A stretch of DNA of 37,474 bases from Candidatus Saccharimonadota bacterium (lineage in GTDB: Bacteria; Patescibacteriota; Saccharimonadia; Saccharimonadales; SZUA-47): NCBI GenBank assembly GCA_003231925.1, contig QIKK01000083.1, positions 1-37,474 on the forward strand, in the 5' to 3' direction. The notes beneath the pieces are model-generated. The model saw nothing but the letters and a program-made list of their open reading frames with translations. It did not search any database and was not told the DNA's origin. Made by a program: the position numbers and the translations under genes. Shown piece after piece: positions 1 through 8,951 of the stretch (positions are counted from its first letter, which is position 1; every line of letters begins with the position of its first letter).

Positions 1-28
1 GGTATATTCTTAATAACTTATCTATAAT
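1..28. repeat. 28-nt terminal direct repeat identical to 37447..37474 (circular-assembly overlap or terminal redundancy)
   Basis: ggtatattcttaataacttatctataat occurs at both window ends. Confidence 0.9.
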
Positions 29-117
29 AATAATAATATATATATACAAGTTAAGCAACTGTGATTATATGGCTATAAATGGTAAAAGGTATTTATAGAA
101 TAGTTTAGGGTCGTTTT

Positions 118-135
118 ACCCGTAAACCCGTAAAC
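118..135 (+). promoter_or_regulatory. two overlapping CCCGTAAAC iterons, continuing the cluster at 37247..37449 across the junction
   Basis: acccgtaaacccgtaaac. The same 9-10-mer is repeated many times at the other window end. Confidence 0.6.
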
Positions 136-148
136 ATTTGTCTTTTAA

Positions 149-162
149 TTGACACCTGTCAA
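149..162. promoter_or_regulatory. perfect 14-bp palindrome TTGACAccTGTCAA (possible operator or -35-like element)
   Basis: ttgaca/tgtcaa arms read directly. AATTGACAC recurs near 4880 and 4994. Confidence 0.35.
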
Positions 163-207
163 GTTATGATGTGTTGAAAAAACCATGTGGACAGAGAGCA
201 TGTGTGT

Positions 208-216
208 TGGTATAAT
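208..216 (+). promoter_or_regulatory. extended -10 box TGGTATAAT, 7 nt upstream of ATG 224
   Basis: TGnTATAAT consensus match. The spacing predicts a leaderless or near-leaderless terS mRNA. Confidence 0.4.
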
Positions 217-223
217 TTGGGTA

Positions 224-685
224 ATGAAAAGACCAGTAGGGAGACCGACAAAATATAATAAAGGGATGATTGATAAAATTCAAGAGTATTTAGATGTGTA
301 TCAAGATGAAGAAAGGCAAGTTTTAAAACAGTCAAGTGAGAAGTATGAAATGTTTGATACTAAACTTACAGTTAAGCTTCCAACCATTGAAGGATTTGCT
401 CGATTTGTAGAAGTAAATAAGGACACACTTTATGAATGGAGGCAACAACATAAAATTTTTTCCGACTCTTTAGAAAAAATCCTTATAGAACAACAGGAAA
501 GACTCATCAATAATGGTTTGTCTGGTGACTATAATTCAACGATTGCAAAACTAATACTTTCAAGCAATCATGGTATGGTAGAAAAGAAAGAAACTGATTT
601 AACTTCAGGAGGAAAACCACTTAATATAAATCTCTCAAGTGAGATAGTAAAAAGAGATGATAAATCTACACGAAGCACAAAGTGA
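224..685 (+). CDS. terS: terminase small subunit (putative, HTH N-terminus)
   Basis: MKRPVGRPTKYNKGMIDKIQEYL is a terS-type N-terminus. The ORF lies directly upstream of and overlaps terL. ATG 224 is preferred over track start 185 because of the -10 box at 211..216. Confidence 0.6.
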   Translation: MKRPVGRPTKYNKGMIDKIQEYLDVYQDEERQVLKQSSEKYEMFDTKLTVKLPTIEGFARFVEVNKDTLYEWRQQHKIFSDSLEKILIEQQERLINNGLSGDYNSTIAKLILSSNHGMVEKKETDLTSGGKPLNINLSSEIVKRDDKSTRSTK

Positions 686-2039
686 ACTTGCTAAAAATAC
701 AGCGAGATATAAAGTATGGCGCGCAGGCAGAAAAACAGGTAAATCTGTTTATGCGACAGAGGAGCTAAAAGGCTGTGCTGTCTTAAAAGACGATGCAAGA
801 GCATTATATATAGCAACAACACAAGGACAGGCACGGGATATTGTTTGGCGACCACTTAAAAAGGAATTTATAAATGCGGGAGCAAAAACTAATGAGTCAT
901 TGTTGGAAATAGAAACACCAAATAAGTTTGGCACTAAGAGTTTAATTAAATTAACCGGTTGGGAAAGTATTGATAGAGTGCGTGGTCAAAGTTTTGACCT
1001 TATTATCATAGATGAGTTAGATTCTATTTCAGGATTTTTACAAGAGTTTCAGGAAACAGTAAAGCCACTTGTACTTGATAGAAAAGGAAAGATTATTTTT
1101 ATTGGTACGCCAAAGGACAGTAACTCTAATTTACAATCATTAAAAGACACTTACGAAAATGATGATGAGTGGGATTTTTTTCATTCTACATCTTATGAAA
1201 ATCCTTATATTGACTCTAAAGAAATAGATAAAGAAAAAGAAGCACTAAGTTTACAATCATTCAGACAGGAATGGTTAGCAGAATATGGAGATGGAAGTAC
1301 AAGACTTTTTGACCCAATAGCTGTTGCTGACATGTTTAAAATAGAATTGTCTGACAATGATGACATAAAGTATTTGACTGTTGATCCCGCAGGAGCTGGT
1401 AAAGACACTACTGCGTGGGCTATGTGGACAGGACATGAAGTATGGCTATCACAAGATAATGGGCTTAGAAGCGATGATATAGAGGATAAGATACTAAAGT
1501 CAGAGGTAAAACATAGTATTCCACGACAAAACATAGCTATTGACGGTGTTGGACTTGGTGACTCAATTGGTGACAGGGCAACTCTGGGAGGAATAACTAT
1601 CTTCAAAGGTTCATTCTCGCCCATAAAGACTGACAAGGATATTTCAAAAGCAATAGAAACGCCAATAAAACAATTGAAATATACAGAGTCAAAGTTTCTA
1701 AACTTGCGTGCTCAGACATATTTTGCATTGGCAAGAGCAATTCAAGAGCGAACCATAAAAGTAAACTGTAGTGTTGAGCAAGCCGAAATGATTAAACGTG
1801 AATTGAATGCTACAGTTGAAATGGAGGATACGAGAAAGATACAGATAATTCCAAAAGATGAGATACAAAGAATTGTAGGACACTCGCCAGATTTAGCTGA
1901 CGTTCTAGCAATTAGAATGTATTGGGATATTATAGGAAGTGTATCACCAATTCAGGAACTACCAAAAGAGCTAATACAAAAACTTGAGATGCAGTTTGCA
2001 AGGACACGAAGTAATCGTAAAGCTAATTCATCACAATGA
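657..2039 (+). CDS. terL: terminase large subunit
   Basis: Walker A AGRKTGKS and Walker B DLIIIDE. C-terminal RNaseH-like acidic motifs: TVDPAGAGKD, IAIDGVGLG, SPDLADV. Confidence 0.9.
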   Translation: MINLHEAQSELAKNTARYKVWRAGRKTGKSVYATEELKGCAVLKDDARALYIATTQGQARDIVWRPLKKEFINAGAKTNESLLEIETPNKFGTKSLIKLTGWESIDRVRGQSFDLIIIDELDSISGFLQEFQETVKPLVLDRKGKIIFIGTPKDSNSNLQSLKDTYENDDEWDFFHSTSYENPYIDSKEIDKEKEALSLQSFRQEWLAEYGDGSTRLFDPIAVADMFKIELSDNDDIKYLTVDPAGAGKDTTAWAMWTGHEVWLSQDNGLRSDDIEDKILKSEVKHSIPRQNIAIDGVGLGDSIGDRATLGGITIFKGSFSPIKTDKDISKAIETPIKQLKYTESKFLNLRAQTYFALARAIQERTIKVNCSVEQAEMIKRELNATVEMEDTRKIQIIPKDEIQRIVGHSPDLADVLAIRMYWDIIGSVSPIQELPKELIQKLEMQFARTRSNRKANSSQ

Positions 2040-2443
2040 AAATAAGTAAAAAATATCCACCAAATTATAGGCAGGTTGTAGACATTCTCGGAGCTGATGA
2101 CACAACTGTGTATTGCTATGGTGATACTATTTACAATCCTAACAATATAGAAATAACACCAGATATTGAAGTACATGAAGAAGTGCATAGTAAACAGCAG
2201 GGGGATAACCCGGAGTTGTGGTGCTTGAAGTATCTCAACGACAAGGAGTTTAGACAGCAATCAGAAGTTGAAGCGTATGGCGCACAATATTTTTTTGTAA
2301 AGAACCATCTTGGTGGTGGTAAGATGTTGGAGTGGTTATTGGACAAGCTTGCTGATGAATTGTCTAGTTCGTGTTATAATTTAGATATTAACCAAGCACA
2401 AGCAAAGTCAAAAATTCGCAATGAAGCAAAGAAAGGTAATTGA
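2036..2443 (+). CDS. hypothetical protein with HExxH motif (HEEVH)
   Basis: 135-aa ORF coupled to terL through an ATGA overlap. It has a single zincin-like HEEVH motif. Confidence 0.6.
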   Translation: MKISKKYPPNYRQVVDILGADDTTVYCYGDTIYNPNNIEITPDIEVHEEVHSKQQGDNPELWCLKYLNDKEFRQQSEVEAYGAQYFFVKNHLGGGKMLEWLLDKLADELSSSCYNLDINQAQAKSKIRNEAKKGN

Positions 2444-2576
2444 ATACTCTACTAACTTTTTTGTCAGGGATAAACACCCAACAAAATTGTATTTGTATGT
2501 ATTTGATTATAAATTTAATTTTTATGGTAAATGGGCAAAGACTATTAACAGTTTTCTTAGAAAGGCGGAATAAAAT

Positions 2577-4391
2577 ATGGATGACAACAATTCAATAGGA
2601 GAAATAGTGCGAAAAATGGAGTCTAACTATCTTAGTGGTGAGTCTAAAATATCCAAGTATGTAATATTCAATCTTAATGAAAACATTGAAAAGATTTACG
2701 CTTACTTAAACTCTGTACCAGTATCAGGAAAGTACGATGCTAATAATGATGAAAAACCATTTATAAATATTGTGGTATCTGCTCGTAATATATGGATGCG
2801 TGCGACAGATATAGACACGAGTTGGATAAAGATACGTCCGACAACATCAAAACAATTTATAACTGCGCTTGTTGCTACAACTAAAGTGCAAGATTGGATG
2901 AAAAAAACATTCTTTGCTAATTTTCTTAACGATTGGGGACGAATACTTGCTGGGTACGGGTCATGTATTACAAAAACAGTACGCAACAGTGATGGACTAC
3001 ATTTAACAACAATTCCTTGGAATAGCATCATTTGTGATGCCGTTGATTTTGATGCAAATCCTAAAATAGAAATATTAGAACTGACTGAAGGTGAACTACG
3101 CAGGAGAGTAAAAACACACAAGTATGACAAAAAAGCAGTTGAAGAACTTATTGGTTCACAAAAAACAAGAGAAACTATTTCAGGCGTTAAAAAAGACAGT
3201 AAAAGTGACTATTACAAGCTATATGAAATACACGGAGAACTATCAAAGTATCTTTTGACAGACAAAGATAAAGACAAAGATGAGTTTGTACAACAAATGC
3301 ATGTAATATCTTATGTGTCTAATGGAAGTAATAATAAAGAGTATGATGACTTCACATTAGTACAGGGTCAGGAAGACAAAGACCCATATAGAATAACTCA
3401 TCTTATTAAAGAAGATGGACGTTCACAATCAATTGGTTCTGTTGAGTCACTATTTCAAACACAATGGATGGAAAATCACTCTATACTCGCACAAAAGAAA
3501 CAACTTGACCTTGCTTCTAAACTTTTCTTTCAAACATCAGACCCAAAGTATGTGAGTGTAAATGTGATTAACGATATAGAAAACGGTGACATTTTACATC
3601 ACACATTAAATCAGCCACTTACGCAAGTAAATAATGGGTCACACGATATAAGCTCACTACAAAACTTTTCTGCCTATTGGAAGTCAAGAGGAAATGAAAC
3701 AGTTGGAATATCTGAAGCAATGCTTGGAGCTTCTGCTAAGAGTGGTACTGCATGGAGACAAACAAAAGCATTACTTAATGAGTCATACAATTTATTTAAA
3801 TTGATGACACAAAATAAAAGCAATAGTCTAAAAATGATGTTTCGTGAGGATATAATTCCATTCATAAAAGAGACTGAGTTAAATAATTCAAAAGAAATAG
3901 AAGTTATTTTGGATGCTTACGATATTAAACAGTTTGATACTAAATATTTAACAGCAGAAGCGAATAGACGTTTTAATGACTCTGTAATAGAGTCGGCGTT
4001 GACAGACAAAGATATGCCAATGATGGAAGCTGTCCAAGCTCAAGTACAAGGAGAACTTAACGACATGGGAGATAAGCGGTTCTTAAAACCATCGGAAGTA
4101 CCTAATGTTGTATGGAAAGAAATGCTTAAAGATATTGAATGGGAACTTGATATAGATATAACCGGGGAAGCAAAAGATACACAAGAAGCTATGGCAACAC
4201 TCAATACAGCATTGCAAACAGTTATGATACCTGGTTATGCTCAGAATGAGGAAGCAAAGATGATTGTAGCAAAGATTTTGGGAATGACGGGTGTGATTTC
4301 ACCGCTTGAACTTACAGGTATACAGGGACAACCAGCGCAGGCACCACAGCCTGCACAGGTTCCACAGGTCGGCGCTGGTATACCACAGTGA
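2577..4391 (+). CDS. portal protein (putative)
   Basis: 604-aa ORF between the terminase and the scaffold/capsid genes. Called on size and synteny only. Confidence 0.65.
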   Translation: MDDNNSIGEIVRKMESNYLSGESKISKYVIFNLNENIEKIYAYLNSVPVSGKYDANNDEKPFINIVVSARNIWMRATDIDTSWIKIRPTTSKQFITALVATTKVQDWMKKTFFANFLNDWGRILAGYGSCITKTVRNSDGLHLTTIPWNSIICDAVDFDANPKIEILELTEGELRRRVKTHKYDKKAVEELIGSQKTRETISGVKKDSKSDYYKLYEIHGELSKYLLTDKDKDKDEFVQQMHVISYVSNGSNNKEYDDFTLVQGQEDKDPYRITHLIKEDGRSQSIGSVESLFQTQWMENHSILAQKKQLDLASKLFFQTSDPKYVSVNVINDIENGDILHHTLNQPLTQVNNGSHDISSLQNFSAYWKSRGNETVGISEAMLGASAKSGTAWRQTKALLNESYNLFKLMTQNKSNSLKMMFREDIIPFIKETELNNSKEIEVILDAYDIKQFDTKYLTAEANRRFNDSVIESALTDKDMPMMEAVQAQVQGELNDMGDKRFLKPSEVPNVVWKEMLKDIEWELDIDITGEAKDTQEAMATLNTALQTVMIPGYAQNEEAKMIVAKILGMTGVISPLELTGIQGQPAQAPQPAQVPQVGAGIPQ

Positions 4392-4412
4392 TAATAGTTA
4401 AATAAATAAATT

Positions 4413-4970
4413 ATGACGGAAGAAACAAACCTTTTAGTAAAAAAAGACGATGTTAAAATCATTAAAGCAATCTTCAAGGATAACGAAGACTTATTGAAAG
4501 CCATGCGAGCTGTTATGTTAGACATAAAACCTACAGAAAGTGAGAAGTCTAATGTTAAAACAGCATTCGCAAATACAGAACTTTATAGGGTAATAAGTGA
4601 GCGTTTTTATCCAACACTTGAAGCTAGTAAAGATGCACCGATAGGACAGATACAAGACGTATGGCTTGGTGCTGAAACAATGGTGTTTGCACAACACAGA
4701 GACACTGTACAGCAAGCAATAGGGTACAAGGAGCGTGCAATAAAAATGCTTACTCTTGGATTGGCATTATTACTTAACCCAGACGGAGAAAAACCACGGA
4801 CAAAGTTTGTACCAAGTGAAGTAGTTAATGATCCGCTTGCAATAGAACTGCAAACACGGAATATGTATATAAAATTAATTGACACTCAATTAATGCACTT
4901 GTGGATTATTGCAGAGCAAGCAAGTGACGATAAAAAGGAAGAAAACAAAAAGAAGAATAGCACACAGTAA
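4413..4970 (+). CDS. hypothetical head-module protein
   Basis: 185-aa ORF in the track with no competing frame, located between portal and scaffold. Confidence 0.65.
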   Translation: MTEETNLLVKKDDVKIIKAIFKDNEDLLKAMRAVMLDIKPTESEKSNVKTAFANTELYRVISERFYPTLEASKDAPIGQIQDVWLGAETMVFAQHRDTVQQAIGYKERAIKMLTLGLALLLNPDGEKPRTKFVPSEVVNDPLAIELQTRNMYIKLIDTQLMHLWIIAEQASDDKKEENKKKNSTQ

Positions 4971-4996
4971 AAAAAGTGTGATATAGTTATAAGCAA

Positions 4997-5026
4997 TTGA
5001 CACTAAAGTCTTTAAAAAGAAATAAT
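4997..5026 (+). promoter_or_regulatory. candidate sigma70-like promoter (TTGACA-N18-AATAAT)
   Basis: TTGACA at 4997..5002 and AATAAT at 5021..5026, upstream of ATG 5037. Confidence 0.25.
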
Positions 5027-5036
5027 AGACAAAACT

Positions 5037-5621
5037 ATGGAAAATGAATTAGATGACTTCGACATCGAAAACGAAGAGGAAGACATCGAGGAAGAAGCTG
5101 ACACCGAAGAGGAAGAAACTAAAGAAGAAGCCGAGGAAGAAGCTGACACCGAGGAAGACTCTGATGAATTAGAAACATTACGCAAAGAAAACAAAACACT
5201 ACAAGCTCAAAAGGCTAAGTGGCGTGATAAAGCTAATAAACCTGTAGAGGTTAAAACTGAAGAGAAAGAGAAAGAGAAAGTTGACTCTAGCGAACCTACT
5301 CTTTCCAGTACAGATTTGCTATCACTTTTGGAAGCAAAGATAACGAATGAAAAAGACGTAGAACTTGTGACAAAAGACGCACAACTTCTAGGTGTTTCTA
5401 TTTCTGAAGCTCTTAAGAACGACATTGTCGTTGAAAAGTTAAGAGTTATAAATGAAAAAAGAAACACGGCCGACTCCACAAACACTCGTACTACTCGAGC
5501 TGGAAATAAAGGTATGTCTGATACTGAACTTATCAAAAAGGTTAATGCTGGATACATTCCAGAACCTGGCACAAAAGAAGCTGAACAGCTATTCTTGGCA
5601 AGACGTAAAGGACTAGAGTAA
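5037..5621 (+). CDS. scaffolding protein (putative)
   Basis: Strongly acidic E/D-rich N-terminus followed by K/E-rich helical sequence. It lies immediately upstream of the capsid gene. Confidence 0.6.
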   Translation: MENELDDFDIENEEEDIEEEADTEEEETKEEAEEEADTEEDSDELETLRKENKTLQAQKAKWRDKANKPVEVKTEEKEKEKVDSSEPTLSSTDLLSLLEAKITNEKDVELVTKDAQLLGVSISEALKNDIVVEKLRVINEKRNTADSTNTRTTRAGNKGMSDTELIKKVNAGYIPEPGTKEAEQLFLARRKGLE

Positions 5622-5694
5622 ATATACGGCGGGAACCATTAAAAAATTAACACGGTTCCTTTACAATTAAATATTGTAAACACTACGAAAGCTT

Positions 5695-6561
5695 ATATTT
5701 AACACAAAAAGCACATACAGTCAGCGCGACAAATACTTCAAGTCACAATTTGATATTGTTCTTAGGAACGCTATTATTGCCGAGAAGATTTGTAAAGTTG
5801 ACCGTTCAGACCTTAAAAGAATTCAAAACCCATACGGAAACCAAATTACTGCGACAATTCAAGCAGTTGCTGGTACGTACTCTGTAACAGCATGGACAAT
5901 TACAGATGAAGCACTTACTGTAACTGATGAAGTAAACTTTTCAGAGCATATCTTTGCTCACGAAGAGTATTTTTCACAGTTTAGTTTGTCACAATCTCGT
6001 ATTGACGAAATGATGTACGGAGTTGCTTATGGTATTGATAAGTTTGTTCTTAACAATCTTACAGAAGATGCAACTGGTGCATACACAACTCCGGTTGGAG
6101 GATTTACCACTGCATCTAATATCAACACAATCTTTGCTAACTTACGTTCAAAGGTTGGTGGATACCAAAACAACTTCAATGGAATGGGAAACAAACTATT
6201 TGTTGTTCTTGAAGCAGCAGATATGGTTGGTGTAACTATTGCAGGAGCTACTAACGGATTCAATTCTTCAGACTCTGTTCTTAAAAACGGACAAGTAGGA
6301 AGTTGGATGGGAGTAGACATCTTTGAAGTACAAGACGGAACGTTTGTTAATGCAACACTTGGTACTACTACAGTTACCAATTCTGGACATCGAGTATTTG
6401 GTGTAAAGAACGCATCAACATACGCTTCACCACGTGGACTCCAAATGGAGGAAAAAGGTGTATCAGGTAAAACTGGTAAGGAGATTGTAGTCTTTGGACT
6501 CGTAGGATTCAAACTATGGGCGCAAAAGGCAGGAATCACCGTTGATATTACGATTTCCTAA
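5695..6561 (+). CDS. major capsid protein (putative); start codon unresolved
   Basis: The frame is open from 5680. The track starts it at TTG 5986, but 102 upstream in-frame codons look coding. No ATG, GTG or TTG is available, so ATA 5695 is a placeholder. The position after the scaffold gene and a size of about 290 aa fit a capsid protein. Confidence 0.7.
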   Translation: MFNTKSTYSQRDKYFKSQFDIVLRNAIIAEKICKVDRSDLKRIQNPYGNQITATIQAVAGTYSVTAWTITDEALTVTDEVNFSEHIFAHEEYFSQFSLSQSRIDEMMYGVAYGIDKFVLNNLTEDATGAYTTPVGGFTTASNINTIFANLRSKVGGYQNNFNGMGNKLFVVLEAADMVGVTIAGATNGFNSSDSVLKNGQVGSWMGVDIFEVQDGTFVNATLGTTTVTNSGHRVFGVKNASTYASPRGLQMEEKGVSGKTGKEIVVFGLVGFKLWAQKAGITVDITIS

Positions 6562-6568
6562 TATCTAT

Positions 6569-6596
6569 CTCGTAGAACTTAATAATGTTCTACGAG
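6569..6596 (+). terminator. stem-loop after the capsid gene (10-bp stem, 8-nt loop, no T-run)
   Basis: ctcgtagaac ttaataat gttctacgag. Confidence 0.4.
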
Positions 6597-6659
6597 GGTA
6601 TGGGTAGGAAACTCCCGTCGGTTTTCTCCCTTTATCCTCGTAGAACTAACACAAATATT

Positions 6660-7121
6660 ATGACAGCAAAAAAGGCGGCAACCGCACCTGTAAAAACTCA
6701 GGTTGAGAAAGAAAAAGAAGTAGCACAAGTAGAAGCTCGTGCAAAACAAGCAGATAGTGTACTTGCTCCTGTAGTAAAAGTATCTAAGGCGGATACTTCT
6801 GATATTGAAGTAGAAGACCCAGAACTTCTTATGCCTAAGGAACTACCACTTGTAATAAAACCTAAAGGTGGAAAGTGGAAAAATGATGAGCAGGTAGCAT
6901 ACGCTAAGGTACTTAATGCTTACGCATATAAGAACCCAAAGAAGTGGAAAGCTAATAAAATAAATCCAAAAACATTGGATGAAATCCCAAATACTTCTAA
7001 AAAAGATATTTGTATAGAGCAACTTGCAAAGCTAGAAAAGCATCCTGAACTGTTTGAACAGTTTACGGGTAATAGACTTGGTGACAAAATCTCTTACAAA
7101 AATCAATTAATGGAAAATTAA
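6660..7121 (+). CDS. hypothetical lysine-rich virion-module protein
   Basis: ATG 6660 (MTAKKAATAP...) is preferred over track start 6585, which lies inside the hairpin region. Confidence 0.6.
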   Translation: MTAKKAATAPVKTQVEKEKEVAQVEARAKQADSVLAPVVKVSKADTSDIEVEDPELLMPKELPLVIKPKGGKWKNDEQVAYAKVLNAYAYKNPKKWKANKINPKTLDEIPNTSKKDICIEQLAKLEKHPELFEQFTGNRLGDKISYKNQLMEN

Positions 7122-7137
7122 AAGTTAACAATACTAT

Positions 7138-7503
7138 ATGGCACAAGCACAAAACTTAAACATACTGCCTACAGTAGATGGTAGCTCTGTAACACAGGCT
7201 ACAAGCCGTACTACTGGTGTGACATTGAATGCTTCAGCAGGAGTTATTACAACTAACAATGCGAGTCTTGCAGCAGAAGCAACAGCAGACTTCACTGTTA
7301 CTAACTCTGAAGTTGGTGTGAATGATGTTGTTGCTGTATCAATTCGTTCTGGCTCAAATGGTGGAGGAACTATCGTATCTGTATCAACAGTTGCAAACGG
7401 TTCTTTCAAAGTTAGAGTATACAACGGAAACGTAGCAGCAGGAACAGCAGAAACAGGAGCAATCCTAATTAACTTTGTTGTAGTAAACAAAGCTATTAAA
7501 TAG
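7138..7503 (+). CDS. hypothetical small beta-rich structural protein
   Basis: 121-aa T/S/V/G-rich ORF downstream of the capsid gene. Confidence 0.6.
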   Translation: MAQAQNLNILPTVDGSSVTQATSRTTGVTLNASAGVITTNNASLAAEATADFTVTNSEVGVNDVVAVSIRSGSNGGGTIVSVSTVANGSFKVRVYNGNVAAGTAETGAILINFVVVNKAIK

Positions 7504-7560
7504 TTTCTTAACTCCGTTTTAGACGGGAAAGACGGGGATTAACAAATTAAATAAATTATT

Positions 7561-8202
7561 ATGCAATATCTAAATGGAACAACCTCGCAAATTGTAAAAG
7601 CTACACAGGGGACTCTTTATGGAATAATCGTAAACTCACATGCAAGTGGAACAATACGCTTTAACGACGGAGCGTCTGGCACTACATCAGCAGGAGTAAA
7701 GGCAACTGGGACACTAACAGCATCTGGTACATTCTCTAATGGCGACACTATAACAATAGGAGATGTTACTTATACAATGCGTACAGCATTGACAAGTCCG
7801 GCAGTTAAAAATGAAATACTTATAGGTGCAGCGGCACTTAACTCTCTTGATAACATTAAACTTGCAGTAAACGCTGGCTCTGGCGAGGGTACCAATTATT
7901 CAACAGGAACTGTAGCCAATCCAAAAGTAACAGCAACTACAAATACAGACACGACTCAAGTTGTAGAAGCTCGTGATATAGGTACTGACGGAAATTCTAT
8001 AGTGACTACAGAAACAGGTACTAACTCCGCATGGGGCGCCGCAACACTAGAAAGTGGTGCAGAGTCTTCTTTACTAATAATAAACACATATACATTTCCA
8101 ACAGGTTCAACATCATTGGTGTTTAATGCAGGAATAGACTTCCACTCTGCGTTGTATGTATCTAAGGGTGGAACTATAGATTACACACTAATCTACGAAT
8201 AA
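7561..8202 (+). CDS. hypothetical structural protein
   Basis: 213-aa ORF in the structural arm. Confidence 0.6.
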   Translation: MQYLNGTTSQIVKATQGTLYGIIVNSHASGTIRFNDGASGTTSAGVKATGTLTASGTFSNGDTITIGDVTYTMRTALTSPAVKNEILIGAAALNSLDNIKLAVNAGSGEGTNYSTGTVANPKVTATTNTDTTQVVEARDIGTDGNSIVTTETGTNSAWGAATLESGAESSLLIINTYTFPTGSTSLVFNAGIDFHSALYVSKGGTIDYTLIYE

Positions 8203-8203
8203 C

Positions 8204-8950
8204 ATGGAATTTTCCAACGTAACGACAAAAGACGGTGGATTACAGCTTTGCGAAACTTTATGTGGAATGGAAGACGGAGCTATCACAAGTGACGCTACAC
8301 TTCTAAAGACATTCACAATGCTAGTCAATCAAGGCTTTGATAGTGTTATGCCTTATCTCCTATCTAACACTGATTACATACGCTGGGACGACCTCAATCA
8401 CACAGACCAGCCTGTGGGGACATTTAACATCGTATCAGGGCAGAGTGATTACCAAGTAAAGCAAGATGATAATTCATTGGACATACTTAACATCACACGA
8501 GTGAAGTTCTTATCTAGTGCTACAGAAACGAAATATGCAGACTTGGAACGTATGACCATTGATGACCAACGAGCAACCTCGGCAATGAGTCCTAACTCTG
8601 ATGAAGTAGGAATACCAACACACTATCTTGAAAGGAACAACACAATCTATCTATACCCACAGCCAAACTACGCTTCAACAGCAGGAGTGAAGATATGGTT
8701 TGAACGAGAGCAAAGCTACTTCGTCAGCACCGACACCACTAAACAACCTGGAATACCTAAACCATTCCACGCAGTACCATTCTTATACGCTTCAAAGCGT
8801 TGGCTGTTGATAAATAAGTCAGACAAGGTAGCTATGATAAATGACGTCAACAATGAGATAGCTGTCAAACAGGAACAGCTGGACAGCTTAATAACAAAAA
8901 GAAACCCTGTGCGTAGGCGTATGACAGGGGCAGTAACAGACGCAAGGTAA
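8204..8950 (+). CDS. hypothetical structural protein (possible head-tail adaptor by position)
   Basis: 248-aa ORF tightly packed with its neighbours. Confidence 0.55.
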   Translation: MEFSNVTTKDGGLQLCETLCGMEDGAITSDATLLKTFTMLVNQGFDSVMPYLLSNTDYIRWDDLNHTDQPVGTFNIVSGQSDYQVKQDDNSLDILNITRVKFLSSATETKYADLERMTIDDQRATSAMSPNSDEVGIPTHYLERNNTIYLYPQPNYASTAGVKIWFEREQSYFVSTDTTKQPGIPKPFHAVPFLYASKRWLLINKSDKVAMINDVNNEIAVKQEQLDSLITKRNPVRRRMTGAVTDAR

Positions 8951-8951
8951 T

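Noticed and set aside
185-223. Track start ATG 185 for terS, and likewise 21080 for the fibre gene, 13348 and 6585
   Set aside because: The upstream extensions overlap promoter or hairpin elements or the preceding gene, and they encode implausible peptides. The downstream ATGs give canonical N-termini and tight gene junctions.
5613-5685. Translational bypass or readthrough fusing scaffold to capsid
   Set aside because: The scaffold and capsid frames differ, and the capsid frame has TAG 5614, TAA 5668 and TAA 5677 in the gap. Matching CTA codons (5613 and 5683) are not adjacent to the stop. I kept this only as a remote alternative under the capsid-start finding.
6027-6539. 170-aa ORF antisense to the capsid gene, and similar antisense ORFs at 1205..1636, 5207..5572, 11291..11758 and 23386..23814
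   Set aside because: They lie wholly inside stronger sense ORFs that carry recognisable motifs or positions. Their low-complexity composition mirrors the sense strand.
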